From contig CAZWVL010000001.1 of the NCBI GenBank assembly GCA_964637115.1, forward strand, positions 64,001 to 128,000: a stretch of DNA of 64,000 nucleotides, read 5' to 3'. Source of the stretch: an uncultured Methanosarcinales archaeon (GTDB lineage: Archaea; Nanobdellota; Nanobdellia; Woesearchaeales; ARS49). The translations under genes were made by a program, and so were the position numbers. The notes under the pieces were generated by a model, which searched no databases, had not been told where the DNA came from, and saw nothing but the letters and a program-made list of their open reading frames with translations. Each line of letters starts with the position of its first letter. Position 1 is the stretch's first letter. Positions 1 to 9,575 of this stretch are shown here, one piece after another.

Positions 1-3000
1 ATGAAGACACTGCAGCAGTCAGAGCATTAAACTTAAGAGACTATGTTTCAGACGCAGACACTGCAGATGACAAACTTGTCTTCAGTGTGCTTTCAGTAAC
101 ACCAAGCACTCTCGCAACAGCAAGAATAGATGACGGCCAGTTCCTGACAATTTTGCCAAAACCAAACGAAAATGGATTGGGCAGTGTTGTAATCGTTGTT
201 ACAGACGGCACAAATTTCGTAAATGAAACAGTTGATTTCGACGTATTTCCAGTCAACGATGCTCCAGTAGTTATTTCCGTGCCAAAAATACCAGCAATCA
301 ACGAAAGCACAAGCTACACGCTCAACTTATCACTTGTATTCTTTGATGTAGATAATGACCCATTGATATACAACGTCACGCAACCGGCAAACGTTACTCT
401 TATTCCGAACGCATCAGTGCCAAGCGTTACAATCGTTCCAGACTTTAACGTAAACGGCATAAGAACATTCAACATAACAGCAATTGATCCAGATGGATTA
501 AGTGCAAAAGCAACCTTTACATTATTCTTGAACTTTGTAGACGACAAACCATTCTTCAACATGATCGTGCCAAATATCAACACCTATGAAGAAGTTCCAA
601 ACAATCACGACCTGACACCGTACGAAAATGATCCAGAAGACGGACCAGATGCAAACGGCAATTCACTGACCTGGAAAATGCAGATCGCAAACCAGAGCAA
701 CCTGTCGCCTGTAACATCATTGAGCACTTCATTGTTTGACGCGGTAATTAACACAATCACGGACATGCTGATTGTAACACCAAAAGCAAACCAGTCAGGA
801 ACAATGGACATAACATTGTACTTGTTTGACAGCACAGGCAAGAATGTTTCGCAGAACATCACAATCAATATTACAAACATAAACGACGCACCTGCATTTG
901 TAAACTTAGGCAACAAGGTAGCAGAAGCAGGACAAATATTTGTCTTTGACGTAAACGCAACAGACTCAGACCCAACAAATGATACAATAACGTTTGGCTT
1001 GATCAATGTAACTCCTCCATTAACAGGATTAAGCATTGACAACGCAACAGGAATGATAAACTTCACTCCAATGACGAACGGAGTATTTACAGTAAACTTG
1101 CAAACGTGCGACTTTGCAAACTGCAGCAACGGAAGCTTTGTATTAACGGTAACGGACAGCACAGCGCCTGTTCCAGACGGCCAAGTAATACCGCCAAACC
1201 CAAGCATTTACGCTCCAGGAGCAAACTACACGTTCAGCATCAACTGGACAGACAACGGAAACATAACCAATGTCACATTTGAACTCGGTGGAGTTACTTA
1301 TACAAACGTTTCACAGAGCGGAACTGAATATACTACAACAGTAACAGACCTTGCAGCAGGAAACTACACATTCAAATGGATTGCAAAAGACGGCGCAAAC
1401 AACATGAACATGAGCAACAGCTCAAACTTCATAGTGTTGAAAGCACAAAGCGACTTACAATTGCTCTTGAACGGAACTGCAGGCAACATAACTGTGCCAC
1501 AGGGTACAGTTGTTAACACAACCGCAAACCTGACAAATGCGACAGGAACGGTTTCAATATTCAGAAATGGGACACTTGTTACAAGTGGTGCGTCACCATT
1601 GAGTGCAAACATCACATTCCCGACACAAGGCAGCTTTAACATAACAGCAACCTTCGCAGGTAACCAGAATTACACCGGCAGCAACACAACCTGGTTTGTA
1701 ACAGTGCCAGACACAGTTGCACCAATTTTCACTACTATAACATCTGCAACACCGGGCACACCTGCAATGTTCACTTCATTATACACATTCAGCATTGCAG
1801 TAACAGACAACGTTGGCGTTGCAGCTGTAACACTTTTAGTTGACAACAGCACAATTGCACCAGCAACACAAATAGGCAACAGCAGCTCATACCAAGTCAA
1901 CCTGACATCATTGTCAGTTGGCAACCACAGCATGACTTGGTTTGCAATTGACGCAGCAGACAATGTAAACACAACGTCATTCAATTACACAGTGACGCCA
2001 GGAATTGCAGCCTTGACATTAACAATCAACGGTGTTGCAGGAAACACAACTGCACAAGTAAACGATACTGTTTCATTTGTTGCAAACGTGACAAACCCGG
2101 CAGGCGGTCCAGTTGACTTGTATGTAAACGGTACACTGGCAACCAGCAGTCCAACAACGCCATTAACATTCAACACCAGCTTTGCGAGCTTTGGAACTGT
2201 TCCAATAACAGCAGTGTTCACAGGCGATGCAAACGTTTCAGCAGGAAACATTACAAGATTCCTGACAATCACGCCAATAGTAATGCAGGCAAACATCACG
2301 CCAGCATCAGGAAGCCTGTTGAACTACAGCTCATTCATAATGACGCTCAACACAAACGGTGTTACAAGCTGTAAGTGGAGCTTCTTAGATGAAGCACAAG
2401 GAAGCATGACCAACAGCTTCACAACTTCAAACGGATTGAGCCATTCAGCAAACGTTTCAGGTCTTGGCCTTGGAGTAAATCCAGTATTTGTTGCGTGCAA
2501 CAACCAAAGCGCAGCAACAAACTCAGACTTAGTCTACACTGCAGTAAACATCCTTGACGGCAGCGTATTGATAGGAAGCAACTCAATCAGCGACACGATA
2601 ATGAGAAGCAGCACGCTCAGCGGCAATACAATAACCAACACTACAGGTACGACAAACACGCTCACAAACGTGACTGCATCAGCAAACTCAGTCATAAACA
2701 ACTCAGTATTGACAAACTGCATAATTACAAATGCAATTGTTCTTTCAATAACTGCAAGCGATTGTGTATTAGCTGACGGTATCTATGACCCAAGCAACCT
2801 AACAGGAAGCAACATAGGCGGCAGCAGCTCAGTAACAAACAGCACAGTAACGTTCAGCAACGTGACAAACAGCACGATTTTGAATGCAAACATAAACAAC
2901 ACCACACTCAATGGATGTTCAGTAACGAACAGCAGATTAGGCACGACCACAATTGACTGTGTCAATACCACTGTTCCGCTTAACGACAACTTCGCAAATG

Positions 3001-4565
3001 GACTTACTATCCCTTCAGTTCCGTATGCTCAAATAATCAGCACGGCACTGGCAACTACAGAGGCTGGAGAACCTTCTCCTTGTGGTGGCACTCAGAATAC
3101 AGTATGGTATTACTTCACACCCACTGTCAGCGGAAATTACGATTTCAACACATTCGGCAGTGATTACGACACAGTATTGGCCGTTTATACAGGAGCAACA
3201 CTCGTCAGCCTGACTGATGTCGACTGCAATGATGACACTGTATTCCTTCAATCACAACTCGTACTTCCTCTAACTGCTGGAACTACCTATCGAATTCAAG
3301 TTGGAGGCTTCTTTGGGGACACAGGACTTCTCACAATTAACTTATTGACTGAAGGCGGTGTTCCAGCATCTGCAAGCGCGCAAGGCGGTTCACTAGCAAA
3401 CAGCAACGTAACATTCAGCAACGTGACAAACAGCATAATTGTTGACAGCAACATCAACAACAGCGTAGTCAGCAGCTGTATAATCATAAACAGCAGCTTT
3501 AGCAACGCAGCAGTCAGCAACTGTGTCATTACAAACATGGTTATCAGCTCAGGAAGCATCAGCGTGTCAACACCAAACGGCACTTTTACCTATGATGCAA
3601 ACGTGAGCGGACCAGCAAACCTGTCAGCAGTAATACCAGTACCGCCAGTAGCAAACTTCGTGCCATTAAGCGGTACAACTACACCAGGAACTAACATAAC
3701 ATTTACCAGCACAAGCACTGATGCAAACATCCCAGGACCATTGAACGATTCATTAACGTTCTTCTGGAACTTCGGAGATGGCAGCAACGCAACAAGTGCA
3801 AATGTTTCAAAAGCATACAGTGCAATAGGCACGTATACTATAACCCTTACAGCAACTGACGCATTCGGCTTTACAAGCACAAAAGTTGGCAGCCGCACCA
3901 TAGCAAATCCAGTTGTCCCATCAAGCGGTGGCGGAGGCGGCGGAAGCAGAGGAGGCGGTGGCGGCGGAGGCGGTGGAAGTGGCACGGCACGCATAGCACT
4001 CTCAGACGTTCCAGTAGTCAGAGTAGTCTACCAAGGACAAGCACTTCAATTCACGATCGACGGCAAACTACAGCCATTAAGCGCAACATTGCGCAGAGTT
4101 GACTTTGCAAAAAGCAACACAGAATGGGTAGTCAATGGAGTATTCTACAACGTAGGCAAGAACGGCAGCAGACAATTTGATTTGACAAGAGACAACAAGC
4201 CAGAACTTGACCTGACAATTGTAGAAGTTACAAGAAACAGCGCAACAATCAGCGCAAAACTTGCAGGAGCAGCAAAAGTTGCAACACCACCATTGCCATC
4301 ATTCAACTTCACACCTGTAAAGCAGCCAGAAGTACAAGGACAGCCTGAAGCACCGGTTGTAGACGTACAGCCAGAAGTAGAAACAGTCCCAGTCACTGCA
4401 GACGTTGAACAAAGCAAAATGCAGAAGTTCACGCAGAAACTGAAAGACCTGTTCATCTTCAAATTATCTGCAAAATCAGCAGCTGTCAAAGCAGGCATTG
4501 TGATTGCAGTTATTGTGATCGGCTTGATAGCCTACGCACTCTTCGTGCGATGGGAAAGCTTTTAA
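1..4565 (+). CDS. Giant cell-surface/S-layer-like glycoprotein, 5'-truncated (cadherin-like and Ig-like repeats, beta-helix region, PPC-like domain, PKD domain, Gly linker, C-terminal TM anchor)
   Basis: Frame is open from position 3 (EDTAAVRALNLRDYVSDAD...), so the true start lies upstream of the window. Cadherin-like PVNDAP/NINDAP boundaries, very many N-x-S/T sequons, PKD signature FFWNFGDGS...YSAIGTYTITLTATD, poly-Gly linker at about 3925-3985, hydrophobic C-terminal helix AGIVIAVIVIGLIAYALFV. Confidence 0.85.
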   Translation, partial: EDTAAVRALNLRDYVSDADTADDKLVFSVLSVTPSTLATARIDDGQFLTILPKPNENGLGSVVIVVTDGTNFVNETVDFDVFPVNDAPVVISVPKIPAINESTSYTLNLSLVFFDVDNDPLIYNVTQPANVTLIPNASVPSVTIVPDFNVNGIRTFNITAIDPDGLSAKATFTLFLNFVDDKPFFNMIVPNINTYEEVPNNHDLTPYENDPEDGPDANGNSLTWKMQIANQSNLSPVTSLSTSLFDAVINTITDMLIVTPKANQSGTMDITLYLFDSTGKNVSQNITINITNINDAPAFVNLGNKVAEAGQIFVFDVNATDSDPTNDTITFGLINVTPPLTGLSIDNATGMINFTPMTNGVFTVNLQTCDFANCSNGSFVLTVTDSTAPVPDGQVIPPNPSIYAPGANYTFSINWTDNGNITNVTFELGGVTYTNVSQSGTEYTTTVTDLAAGNYTFKWIAKDGANNMNMSNSSNFIVLKAQSDLQLLLNGTAGNITVPQGTVVNTTANLTNATGTVSIFRNGTLVTSGASPLSANITFPTQGSFNITATFAGNQNYTGSNTTWFVTVPDTVAPIFTTITSATPGTPAMFTSLYTFSIAVTDNVGVAAVTLLVDNSTIAPATQIGNSSSYQVNLTSLSVGNHSMTWFAIDAADNVNTTSFNYTVTPGIAALTLTINGVAGNTTAQVNDTVSFVANVTNPAGGPVDLYVNGTLATSSPTTPLTFNTSFASFGTVPITAVFTGDANVSAGNITRFLTITPIVMQANITPASGSLLNYSSFIMTLNTNGVTSCKWSFLDEAQGSMTNSFTTSNGLSHSANVSGLGLGVNPVFVACNNQSAATNSDLVYTAVNILDGSVLIGSNSISDTIMRSSTLSGNTITNTTGTTNTLTNVTASANSVINNSVLTNCIITNAIVLSITASDCVLADGIYDPSNLTGSNIGGSSSVTNSTVTFSNVTNSTILNANINNTTLNGCSVTNSRLGTTTIDCVNTTVPLNDNFANGLTIPSVPYAQIISTALATTEAGEPSPCGGTQNTVWYYFTPTVSGNYDFNTFGSDYDTVLAVYTGATLVSLTDVDCNDDTVFLQSQLVLPLTAGTTYRIQVGGFFGDTGLLTINLLTEGGVPASASAQGGSLANSNVTFSNVTNSIIVDSNINNSVVSSCIIINSSFSNAAVSNCVITNMVISSGSISVSTPNGTFTYDANVSGPANLSAVIPVPPVANFVPLSGTTTPGTNITFTSTSTDANIPGPLNDSLTFFWNFGDGSNATSANVSKAYSAIGTYTITLTATDAFGFTSTKVGSRTIANPVVPSSGGGGGGSRGGGGGGGGGSGTARIALSDVPVVRVVYQGQALQFTIDGKLQPLSATLRRVDFAKSNTEWVVNGVFYNVGKNGSRQFDLTRDNKPELDLTIVEVTRNSATISAKLAGAAKVATPPLPSFNFTPVKQPEVQGQPEAPVVDVQPEVETVPVTADVEQSKMQKFTQKLKDLFIFKLSAKSAAVKAGIVIAVIVIGLIAYALFVRWESF
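2847..3435 (+). repeat. 28-bp direct repeat pair (2847-2874 and 3408-3435) flanking an inserted domain in the surface protein
   Basis: gtaacgttcagcaacgtgacaaacagca vs gtaacattcagcaacgtgacaaacagca (27/28 identical); both encode VTFSNVTNS. Confidence 0.8.
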
Positions 4566-4590
4566 TTTTTGATTATTTTTCACCATTTTT
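4566..4590 (+). terminator. Probable archaeal oligo-T terminator
   Basis: T-runs (ttttt gattattttt caccattttt) immediately after the stop of the surface-protein gene. Confidence 0.4.
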
Positions 4591-4602
4591 TATAACATAC
4601 AT

Positions 4603-5082
4603 ATGGCAACTATGGAAACTGAAGTAACAAGCGGATGGCATCCTGTACCAAAAAAAGCAGAGCCACTTGAAGTATTGGCTGACTTTGAATCATATGAAGG
4701 TTACAGAATAAAAGTAGTTTCGGGTAGTGAGATGCGCACCTTCACTGCAGATGTTGCAAAAAGTTGGGAAGATGTGCAGGAAGATAGGAACAGGAGGCTT
4801 CCGTATTTCTCAACAAAAGTTTACGTTAACAAAAAACTAGCTGCTGAATATAGCTATGGTGATTTGCCTGAAGCATGGCTTCCTTATGTTGATGTCAAAC
4901 TTCAGGAATTGGCGCATGGAAGAGCCGACGCAGAAGAAGTTATAGGAACTATTGACAACATAATTGCTGAATTGAGTGAGAAGCGCCATCGCGCACTTGA
5001 TTCTGCAGTGTGGCCAGACGAAGGCGAAATATTCGATGATTTCAGCCGGATATCCACCAAATATGACGAGGAAGTGGCGTAG
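4603..5082 (+). CDS. Hypothetical protein (159 aa)
   Basis: Clean ORF filling the gap, TATA-like tttataa just upstream, no recognisable motif. Confidence 0.7.
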   Translation: MATMETEVTSGWHPVPKKAEPLEVLADFESYEGYRIKVVSGSEMRTFTADVAKSWEDVQEDRNRRLPYFSTKVYVNKKLAAEYSYGDLPEAWLPYVDVKLQELAHGRADAEEVIGTIDNIIAELSEKRHRALDSAVWPDEGEIFDDFSRISTKYDEEVA

Positions 5083-5088
5083 AATAGA

Positions 5089-5100
5089 CAAAGTTTATAT
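5089..5100 (+). promoter_or_regulatory. Archaeal BRE-TATA promoter
   Basis: caaagtttatat about 25-35 nt upstream of the ATG at 5125. Confidence 0.55.
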
Positions 5101-5124
5101 GATTATTAGACAATAACTCACGTT

Positions 5125-6699
5125 ATGGCCAATCTGGAGCATGCTTTCAAGGATGCTGCCGGGCGCGCAGCAGAGGAACTAGATTCTATTTGTTTAGATG
5201 AAATACACAAACTTGGCATATCAAAGACCCATACGGATTTGCTCGGCAGCCATACTGTTGTAACTTATCCTCCATTAGACGCACTTGAGCCAATCAATGG
5301 GAACAAGGTGTTTAGTGACATTGATTTCCAGCCTCTAGTTGATGCTTATGTGCACATACCATTTTGCGAATATCCCTGCGAGTTCTGTCCGTATACCACT
5401 TTGAACGTAAATGGTCCAAGCGCTGGCAAAATGCCTGAGTATTTTGCAGCACTGCAGCAGGAAATCAAGACTTGGGCAAAAAAACTGCGGGAACAAAAGG
5501 CAGAAGTGCGCTCACTCTATGTTGGAGGAGGCACGCCATTTATTCTACCAGCAGAAAGTTTAGAAACAATCCTTTCATTTATCCGTTCGGAACTGCCGTT
5601 TATTGAAAATCCTGAAATCTGTGTTGAAACGTCTCCAAAAGCCACAATACAACCTGATGCGAAAGAAAAACTGGCAATGCTGAAAAAATTAGGCGTTTCA
5701 CGGATGAGCATTGGAATACAAACATTTGATTACGAAAGCCTGCGCGATATGGCAAGAACATTCAGAGGACATTCTGCAGACGATGAAGAAAATGCGGCGC
5801 GCACGCTGCTTGAATCCGGCATTTCAAATATCAACATTGACATGATTCAGGATCTTCCTCTCAAATCCAAAGATTACTTGGAGCGATTAAAGAATGACCT
5901 CTTCAAAATCTCGCAACTAAGGCCGCAACATATAACCTGGTATAATATGCGGTTGCGTCCTGAAACTGCTTATGCGGAACGCGATATAAAGATGGTAACC
6001 GAGGAAGAAAGCCTTCACACAAGATTGACGATATGGAACTTCATAGAAGCAATAGGATACAAAGTTCTTGAGGGCGACAGGTTTGTCCTGGACGAAGCTT
6101 TTGAAGACAACTTTAGAAAAACACGAGGTTCGGTGGACACAGATTTGCTTGGCATGGGAGTTTCAGCATATTCGCACGTTTCCATCAGTTCAAGCACTGA
6201 CAAAGCCTCAAGCGTTTTCTTCCAAAATCCAAGAGTAATAGGCAATACAGTGCGTGCAGACTCAAAAGCGGCAACAGATGCGTACATTGCGGCGATGAAG
6301 CAGAACGGCCACGCTATAAGCGCAGCTTTCCTAATCGGACCTGACGAACGTTTGGCAGGAAGACTTGCACTGGGGCTAAAACGAGGAGTAAGCCATGAAC
6401 AAGTGCACGAACTCTATAAATGGCACCCGGAATGCGGGGGATATTTTTCCTTTGTGCTAAATTCTTCTGAAGACCTGCTGCAAGCAGGACTACTGCAAAT
6501 CTCAGATGGAATGATAGAATTTACAAGAAAAGGAAGGCTCTTTGAAAACGAAATATGCGCTCGATTTTACACTCCAACAGTAAGATACCAAGCGAAAAAA
6601 AGACGAGGAATACTTGACAAGGAAACAGAAGAAGCATTTTACGGATATTCAACAAGAGTTCTTATGGACGAAATAGGCGCGGAACAGAAGCCACTGTAA
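5125..6699 (+). CDS. HemN-like (coproporphyrinogen III oxidase family / class C) radical SAM protein
   Basis: YVHIPFCEYPCEFC (CxxxCxxC), YVGGGTP, RMSIGIQTF, NIDMI and C-terminal LTRKGRLFENEI-type HemN_C region. Confidence 0.85.
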   Translation: MANLEHAFKDAAGRAAEELDSICLDEIHKLGISKTHTDLLGSHTVVTYPPLDALEPINGNKVFSDIDFQPLVDAYVHIPFCEYPCEFCPYTTLNVNGPSAGKMPEYFAALQQEIKTWAKKLREQKAEVRSLYVGGGTPFILPAESLETILSFIRSELPFIENPEICVETSPKATIQPDAKEKLAMLKKLGVSRMSIGIQTFDYESLRDMARTFRGHSADDEENAARTLLESGISNINIDMIQDLPLKSKDYLERLKNDLFKISQLRPQHITWYNMRLRPETAYAERDIKMVTEEESLHTRLTIWNFIEAIGYKVLEGDRFVLDEAFEDNFRKTRGSVDTDLLGMGVSAYSHVSISSSTDKASSVFFQNPRVIGNTVRADSKAATDAYIAAMKQNGHAISAAFLIGPDERLAGRLALGLKRGVSHEQVHELYKWHPECGGYFSFVLNSSEDLLQAGLLQISDGMIEFTRKGRLFENEICARFYTPTVRYQAKKRRGILDKETEEAFYGYSTRVLMDEIGAEQKPL

Positions 6700-6706
6700 G
6701 ATTAGC

Positions 6707-6907
6707 CTATTCAGCTGTAACGCGCAGCAAAACTGCCAAGGTTAATGCAAGAACAATCGCGACAGCGCTCGGCCACATAGCAATCGACCAGTTTCCAATT
6801 ATCAACTGCCACCCTTTCAATAAGCGCAGCAAGTGGACAAGTGCTATCAGACAGAAAAGTGCTGCTATGAATATGTGCAACCTTCCGTGCCAGTTTTTCT
6901 TTGCCAT
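6707..6907 (-). CDS. Small two-TM membrane protein (66 aa)
   Basis: MAKKNWHGRLHIFIAALFCLIALVHLLRLLKGWQLIIGNWSIAMWPSAVAIVLALTLAV; two hydrophobic helices. Start moved to the ATG at 6907. Confidence 0.7.
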   Translation of the reverse strand: MAKKNWHGRLHIFIAALFCLIALVHLLRLLKGWQLIIGNWSIAMWPSAVAIVLALTLAVLLRVTAE

Positions 6908-6979
6908 ATAGGCTGAATGTTTCACATACTTAAAAACTTGTGCGTTATATTTCTTAGCTACTATTAAGTAGTGGTTCAA

Positions 6980-6993
6980 GAAAGATTTATAAA
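6980..6993 (+). promoter_or_regulatory. Archaeal BRE-TATA promoter
   Basis: gaaagatttataaa about 22-35 nt upstream of ATG 7015. Confidence 0.6.
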
Positions 6994-7014
6994 CTTACAA
7001 ACAAAAAACTGGTT

Positions 7015-8127
7015 ATGGGAATTAACGAACTTGGAAGGCGCGCATTTCTCAGGCTCACCGGCGGAGCGGCAGGCAGCATTGCACTCGGCCCACTTGGCTG
7101 CACGGTTGTTTATGAGAAAGGTGTTTCAGTCGCGCGCTCCACCGATGGAAAGATTGATGATGGTGTGGCGGAATATTACGTAACTCCACAGTCTATCCAA
7201 AAGTACGATGCAGAAATAGCAGACGTCGTAAATGAAATCTGGGTTAAAGAATTCAACCAAGGCATAAACCGTCACATCACGATTCAATTCGTTGGCGATG
7301 CAGCAGCCGCGTGCGGGTGCGATTCACTCGGATGCTACAAGACAGATGAGCACATTGAATGGTCCAGACTGGAAAAAATAAGAAAAAAAGAAATCATAAT
7401 TGAAAAAGGACTGACTCCATACAGAACGACATTGCTGATCGCACATGAACTCGGCCACCAAATGGATTCTTCTGAACGCATTTCAGAATTGACCGATTTT
7501 CGTTACGGAGTTAAGTCAAACCTTCACTTCCCGCAATTTGGACAGGACACTTCATACAAGCTCCTCGATGCGGCATATTTGGACATCGAAGGAGCAAAAC
7601 AAGCATTCTGGCCGGAAATTGGAGCAACACGCCACGTGATGGGCAAGCTTTCGGCATTATTTGCGCTAAACTTGAACGGCGGCTCATTTGAAACAGCACA
7701 CGTCCAGCTTATTTTGAATGCAGGTTATTACTCAAACCGCGCAAATGAATTCGTCGATAATGCACTGTTTGAATCTGAAGCACGCGGACCTGTATCTGTG
7801 ACACGCACGCTGTTTGATAAAACTACAGAAACAATAAACGTCGAATACTGGAGAATTGCGTTTTCTGACTTAATGGGAGTTGTAACCCACCAGATCATTA
7901 AACAATATCTTCCAAGCGGATCTCTAGAAACTGCTACAACTCTTGAGAAAGAACTTCAAAAAAACGCATTCACGCACAGTTGTAATATTTACAATGCAGA
8001 AATCAAGAATCCTGATATTTCCTATCCACAGGATTACGATTACAGCATCCCTGCAGGAATAGGCCTGCCAGAACCAGAAAGTCCTGGTCATCCAGGACCG
8101 CCAAACGGCCACGGACATGTACATTAG
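7015..8127 (+). CDS. Tat-signal lipoprotein with HExxH zinc-metallopeptidase motif
   Basis: N-terminal GRRAFLRL twin-arginine motif, h-region, lipobox-like PLGC; LLIAHELGHQMD motif followed by ERISE; His-rich C-terminal tail. Confidence 0.7.
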   Translation: MGINELGRRAFLRLTGGAAGSIALGPLGCTVVYEKGVSVARSTDGKIDDGVAEYYVTPQSIQKYDAEIADVVNEIWVKEFNQGINRHITIQFVGDAAAACGCDSLGCYKTDEHIEWSRLEKIRKKEIIIEKGLTPYRTTLLIAHELGHQMDSSERISELTDFRYGVKSNLHFPQFGQDTSYKLLDAAYLDIEGAKQAFWPEIGATRHVMGKLSALFALNLNGGSFETAHVQLILNAGYYSNRANEFVDNALFESEARGPVSVTRTLFDKTTETINVEYWRIAFSDLMGVVTHQIIKQYLPSGSLETATTLEKELQKNAFTHSCNIYNAEIKNPDISYPQDYDYSIPAGIGLPEPESPGHPGPPNGHGHVH

Positions 8128-8138
8128 CCTTAGCTGAA

Positions 8139-8546
8139 TTACAGTTGCAACAACCTGTCCAATTCTTCAGCCGCGTTCTTCATCTCATTCATCGCTCTTT
8201 GCATATCACGCTGCAAGTCGTCTACCAAAAGAGAAAGTTTGTCTCCGCGCATCACGTATTTGTTGCCTTCATGACGGACGATGCCTCTTTCCATCAAGGC
8301 ATTCAAGTGATGAATAACAGTTGCCCTGGTAAGACCAAGCCTTTCAGATAATTCATCACTAGACAAGCCGCCAGCAACTTTTATTGCCTTGATTAATTCA
8401 ATAAAAATACGAAAACAAGATTTATCCCTATCACGTTCGCCAAACAAGCCCAAAGTATGGCCAAACCACTGAAGCTCGTCATTAACAGAAACTTCTTTAG
8501 GGCGCCTTACATTGACAATTGTAATTCGGCGGACGAACATGCTCAA
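8139..8546 (-). CDS. Winged-helix (ArsR/HTH_24-like) transcriptional regulator
   Basis: LSSDELSERLGLTRATVIHHLNALMERGIVRHEGNKY HTH-wing followed by a coiled coil. Confidence 0.8.
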   Translation of the reverse strand: MSMFVRRITIVNVRRPKEVSVNDELQWFGHTLGLFGERDRDKSCFRIFIELIKAIKVAGGLSSDELSERLGLTRATVIHHLNALMERGIVRHEGNKYVMRGDKLSLLVDDLQRDMQRAMNEMKNAAEELDRLLQL

Positions 8547-8896
8547 CCCATGTAAGTAGGAATGTCCGGGTGCTTTTCACCAAGCTCTTTCATAAGCTCT
8601 TTTTGCTTCTTTTCAGCCTTTACAAGAGCTTTTGGTTTCTCAATCTTGCCGAATTCGTCCTCATACTTCTTGACAACGCTTGCCAAAACTTCCATGAATG
8701 CCTTGGCGTGCCAAGGATCCATCATGACAACGTTGTGCTTCAAATGAAAGCTTGGCTTCTTACTTCTAGGATCAGTTCTCGGGGTAATGCATTTCATATC
8801 CAACGTCATTTGAGTTGGAGTAAAGTTTACTGTAACCTCGTGAGCAAAAAACGGCTCTCCTTCGCTAATGTTTAAGTTAATTTGTTCTTGTGCCAT
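8543..8896 (-). CDS. DUF3467-like protein
   Basis: EPFFAHEVTVNFTPTQMTLDMK...VVMMDPWHAKAFMEVL...YEDEFGKI pattern; 4-nt overlap with the downstream regulator. Confidence 0.65.
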   Translation of the reverse strand: MAQEQINLNISEGEPFFAHEVTVNFTPTQMTLDMKCITPRTDPRSKKPSFHLKHNVVMMDPWHAKAFMEVLASVVKKYEDEFGKIEKPKALVKAEKKQKELMKELGEKHPDIPTYMG

Positions 8897-8954
8897 TATA
8901 GTTCACCTCGTACGGTTGGAAAGAGCCAAAGTATATAAATTTTGCTCTTTTAAG

Positions 8955-8970
8955 CGAAAGGTTTATATAT
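8955..8970 (+). promoter_or_regulatory. BRE-TATA promoter of the grpE-dnaK-dnaJ operon
   Basis: cgaaaggtttatatat is a consensus-like BRE plus TATA; a divergent TATA (tatataaa) lies at about 8932-8939. Confidence 0.65.
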
Positions 8971-9012
8971 TAGTATTGTATTCTATCAACTTCGTTGACG
9001 TAAAGTAAACCA

Positions 9013-9573
9013 ATGTGGGTTAGTAAGATGGAAAAGAAAGACACCAAAAACGACAAGAAAGAGCCCTCTGAAATAGAGCAACTCAAAGCAGAGTTGGCTA
9101 AAAATCAGGCAGTCATTGCAGACTACACTGAACATTTGAAAAGACTGCAGGCAGAATTTGAAAACTACTGCAAAAGAGTAGAAAAAGAACGCAAAGAATA
9201 CGCAGGAATGGCATCAGAAAAGCTGATTGTCAAGCTCCTGCTAATCATAGATGACTTTGAACGCGCCCTGGTGACGATAAAAAGCGTACCAGAAGAAGCG
9301 CGAAAAGGCATCGAAATGATTTTCAAAAATTTACACAAGATTTTGGATGAAGAACAAGTTCATAAAATACATGCTCTCGGGCAAAAATTTGACCCGTACA
9401 AGCACGAAGTCCTGCTCAAAGTGGAAAGCGAGCAGCCTGAAGACATTGTTGTTGAAGAGCTCCAAAAAGGCTACACAATGAACGGCAAGGTCATCAGGTA
9501 TGCAAAAGTAAAGGTTAGCAGCGGCAAGCAAAGCTTGCCAGTGGGTGCTGGAAAAGCCAGTGGAGGCAAATAA
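9013..9573 (+). CDS. grpE: Nucleotide exchange factor GrpE
   Basis: [38 protein letters not shown]...[10 protein letters not shown]; true start may be the ATG at 9028. Confidence 0.95.
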   Translation: MWVSKMEKKDTKNDKKEPSEIEQLKAELAKNQAVIADYTEHLKRLQAEFENYCKRVEKERKEYAGMASEKLIVKLLLIIDDFERALVTIKSVPEEARKGIEMIFKNLHKILDEEQVHKIHALGQKFDPYKHEVLLKVESEQPEDIVVEELQKGYTMNGKVIRYAKVKVSSGKQSLPVGAGKASGGK

Positions 9574-9575
9574 AC

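Noticed and set aside
41-4498. Many minus-strand ORFs of 60-200 aa opposite the surface protein, and similar ones opposite dnaK, the toxin, Lhr and pur genes
   Set aside because: Antisense shadows of A-rich coding genes; they are Val/Leu/Phe-rich low-information sequence with no motifs or start signals.
8990-9030. TTGACG before grpE as a bacterial -35 element, or a CIRCE operator
   Set aside because: No -10 hexamer at 16-18 nt spacing and no TTAGCACTC-N9-GAGTGCTAA; a clear BRE-TATA explains the promoter.
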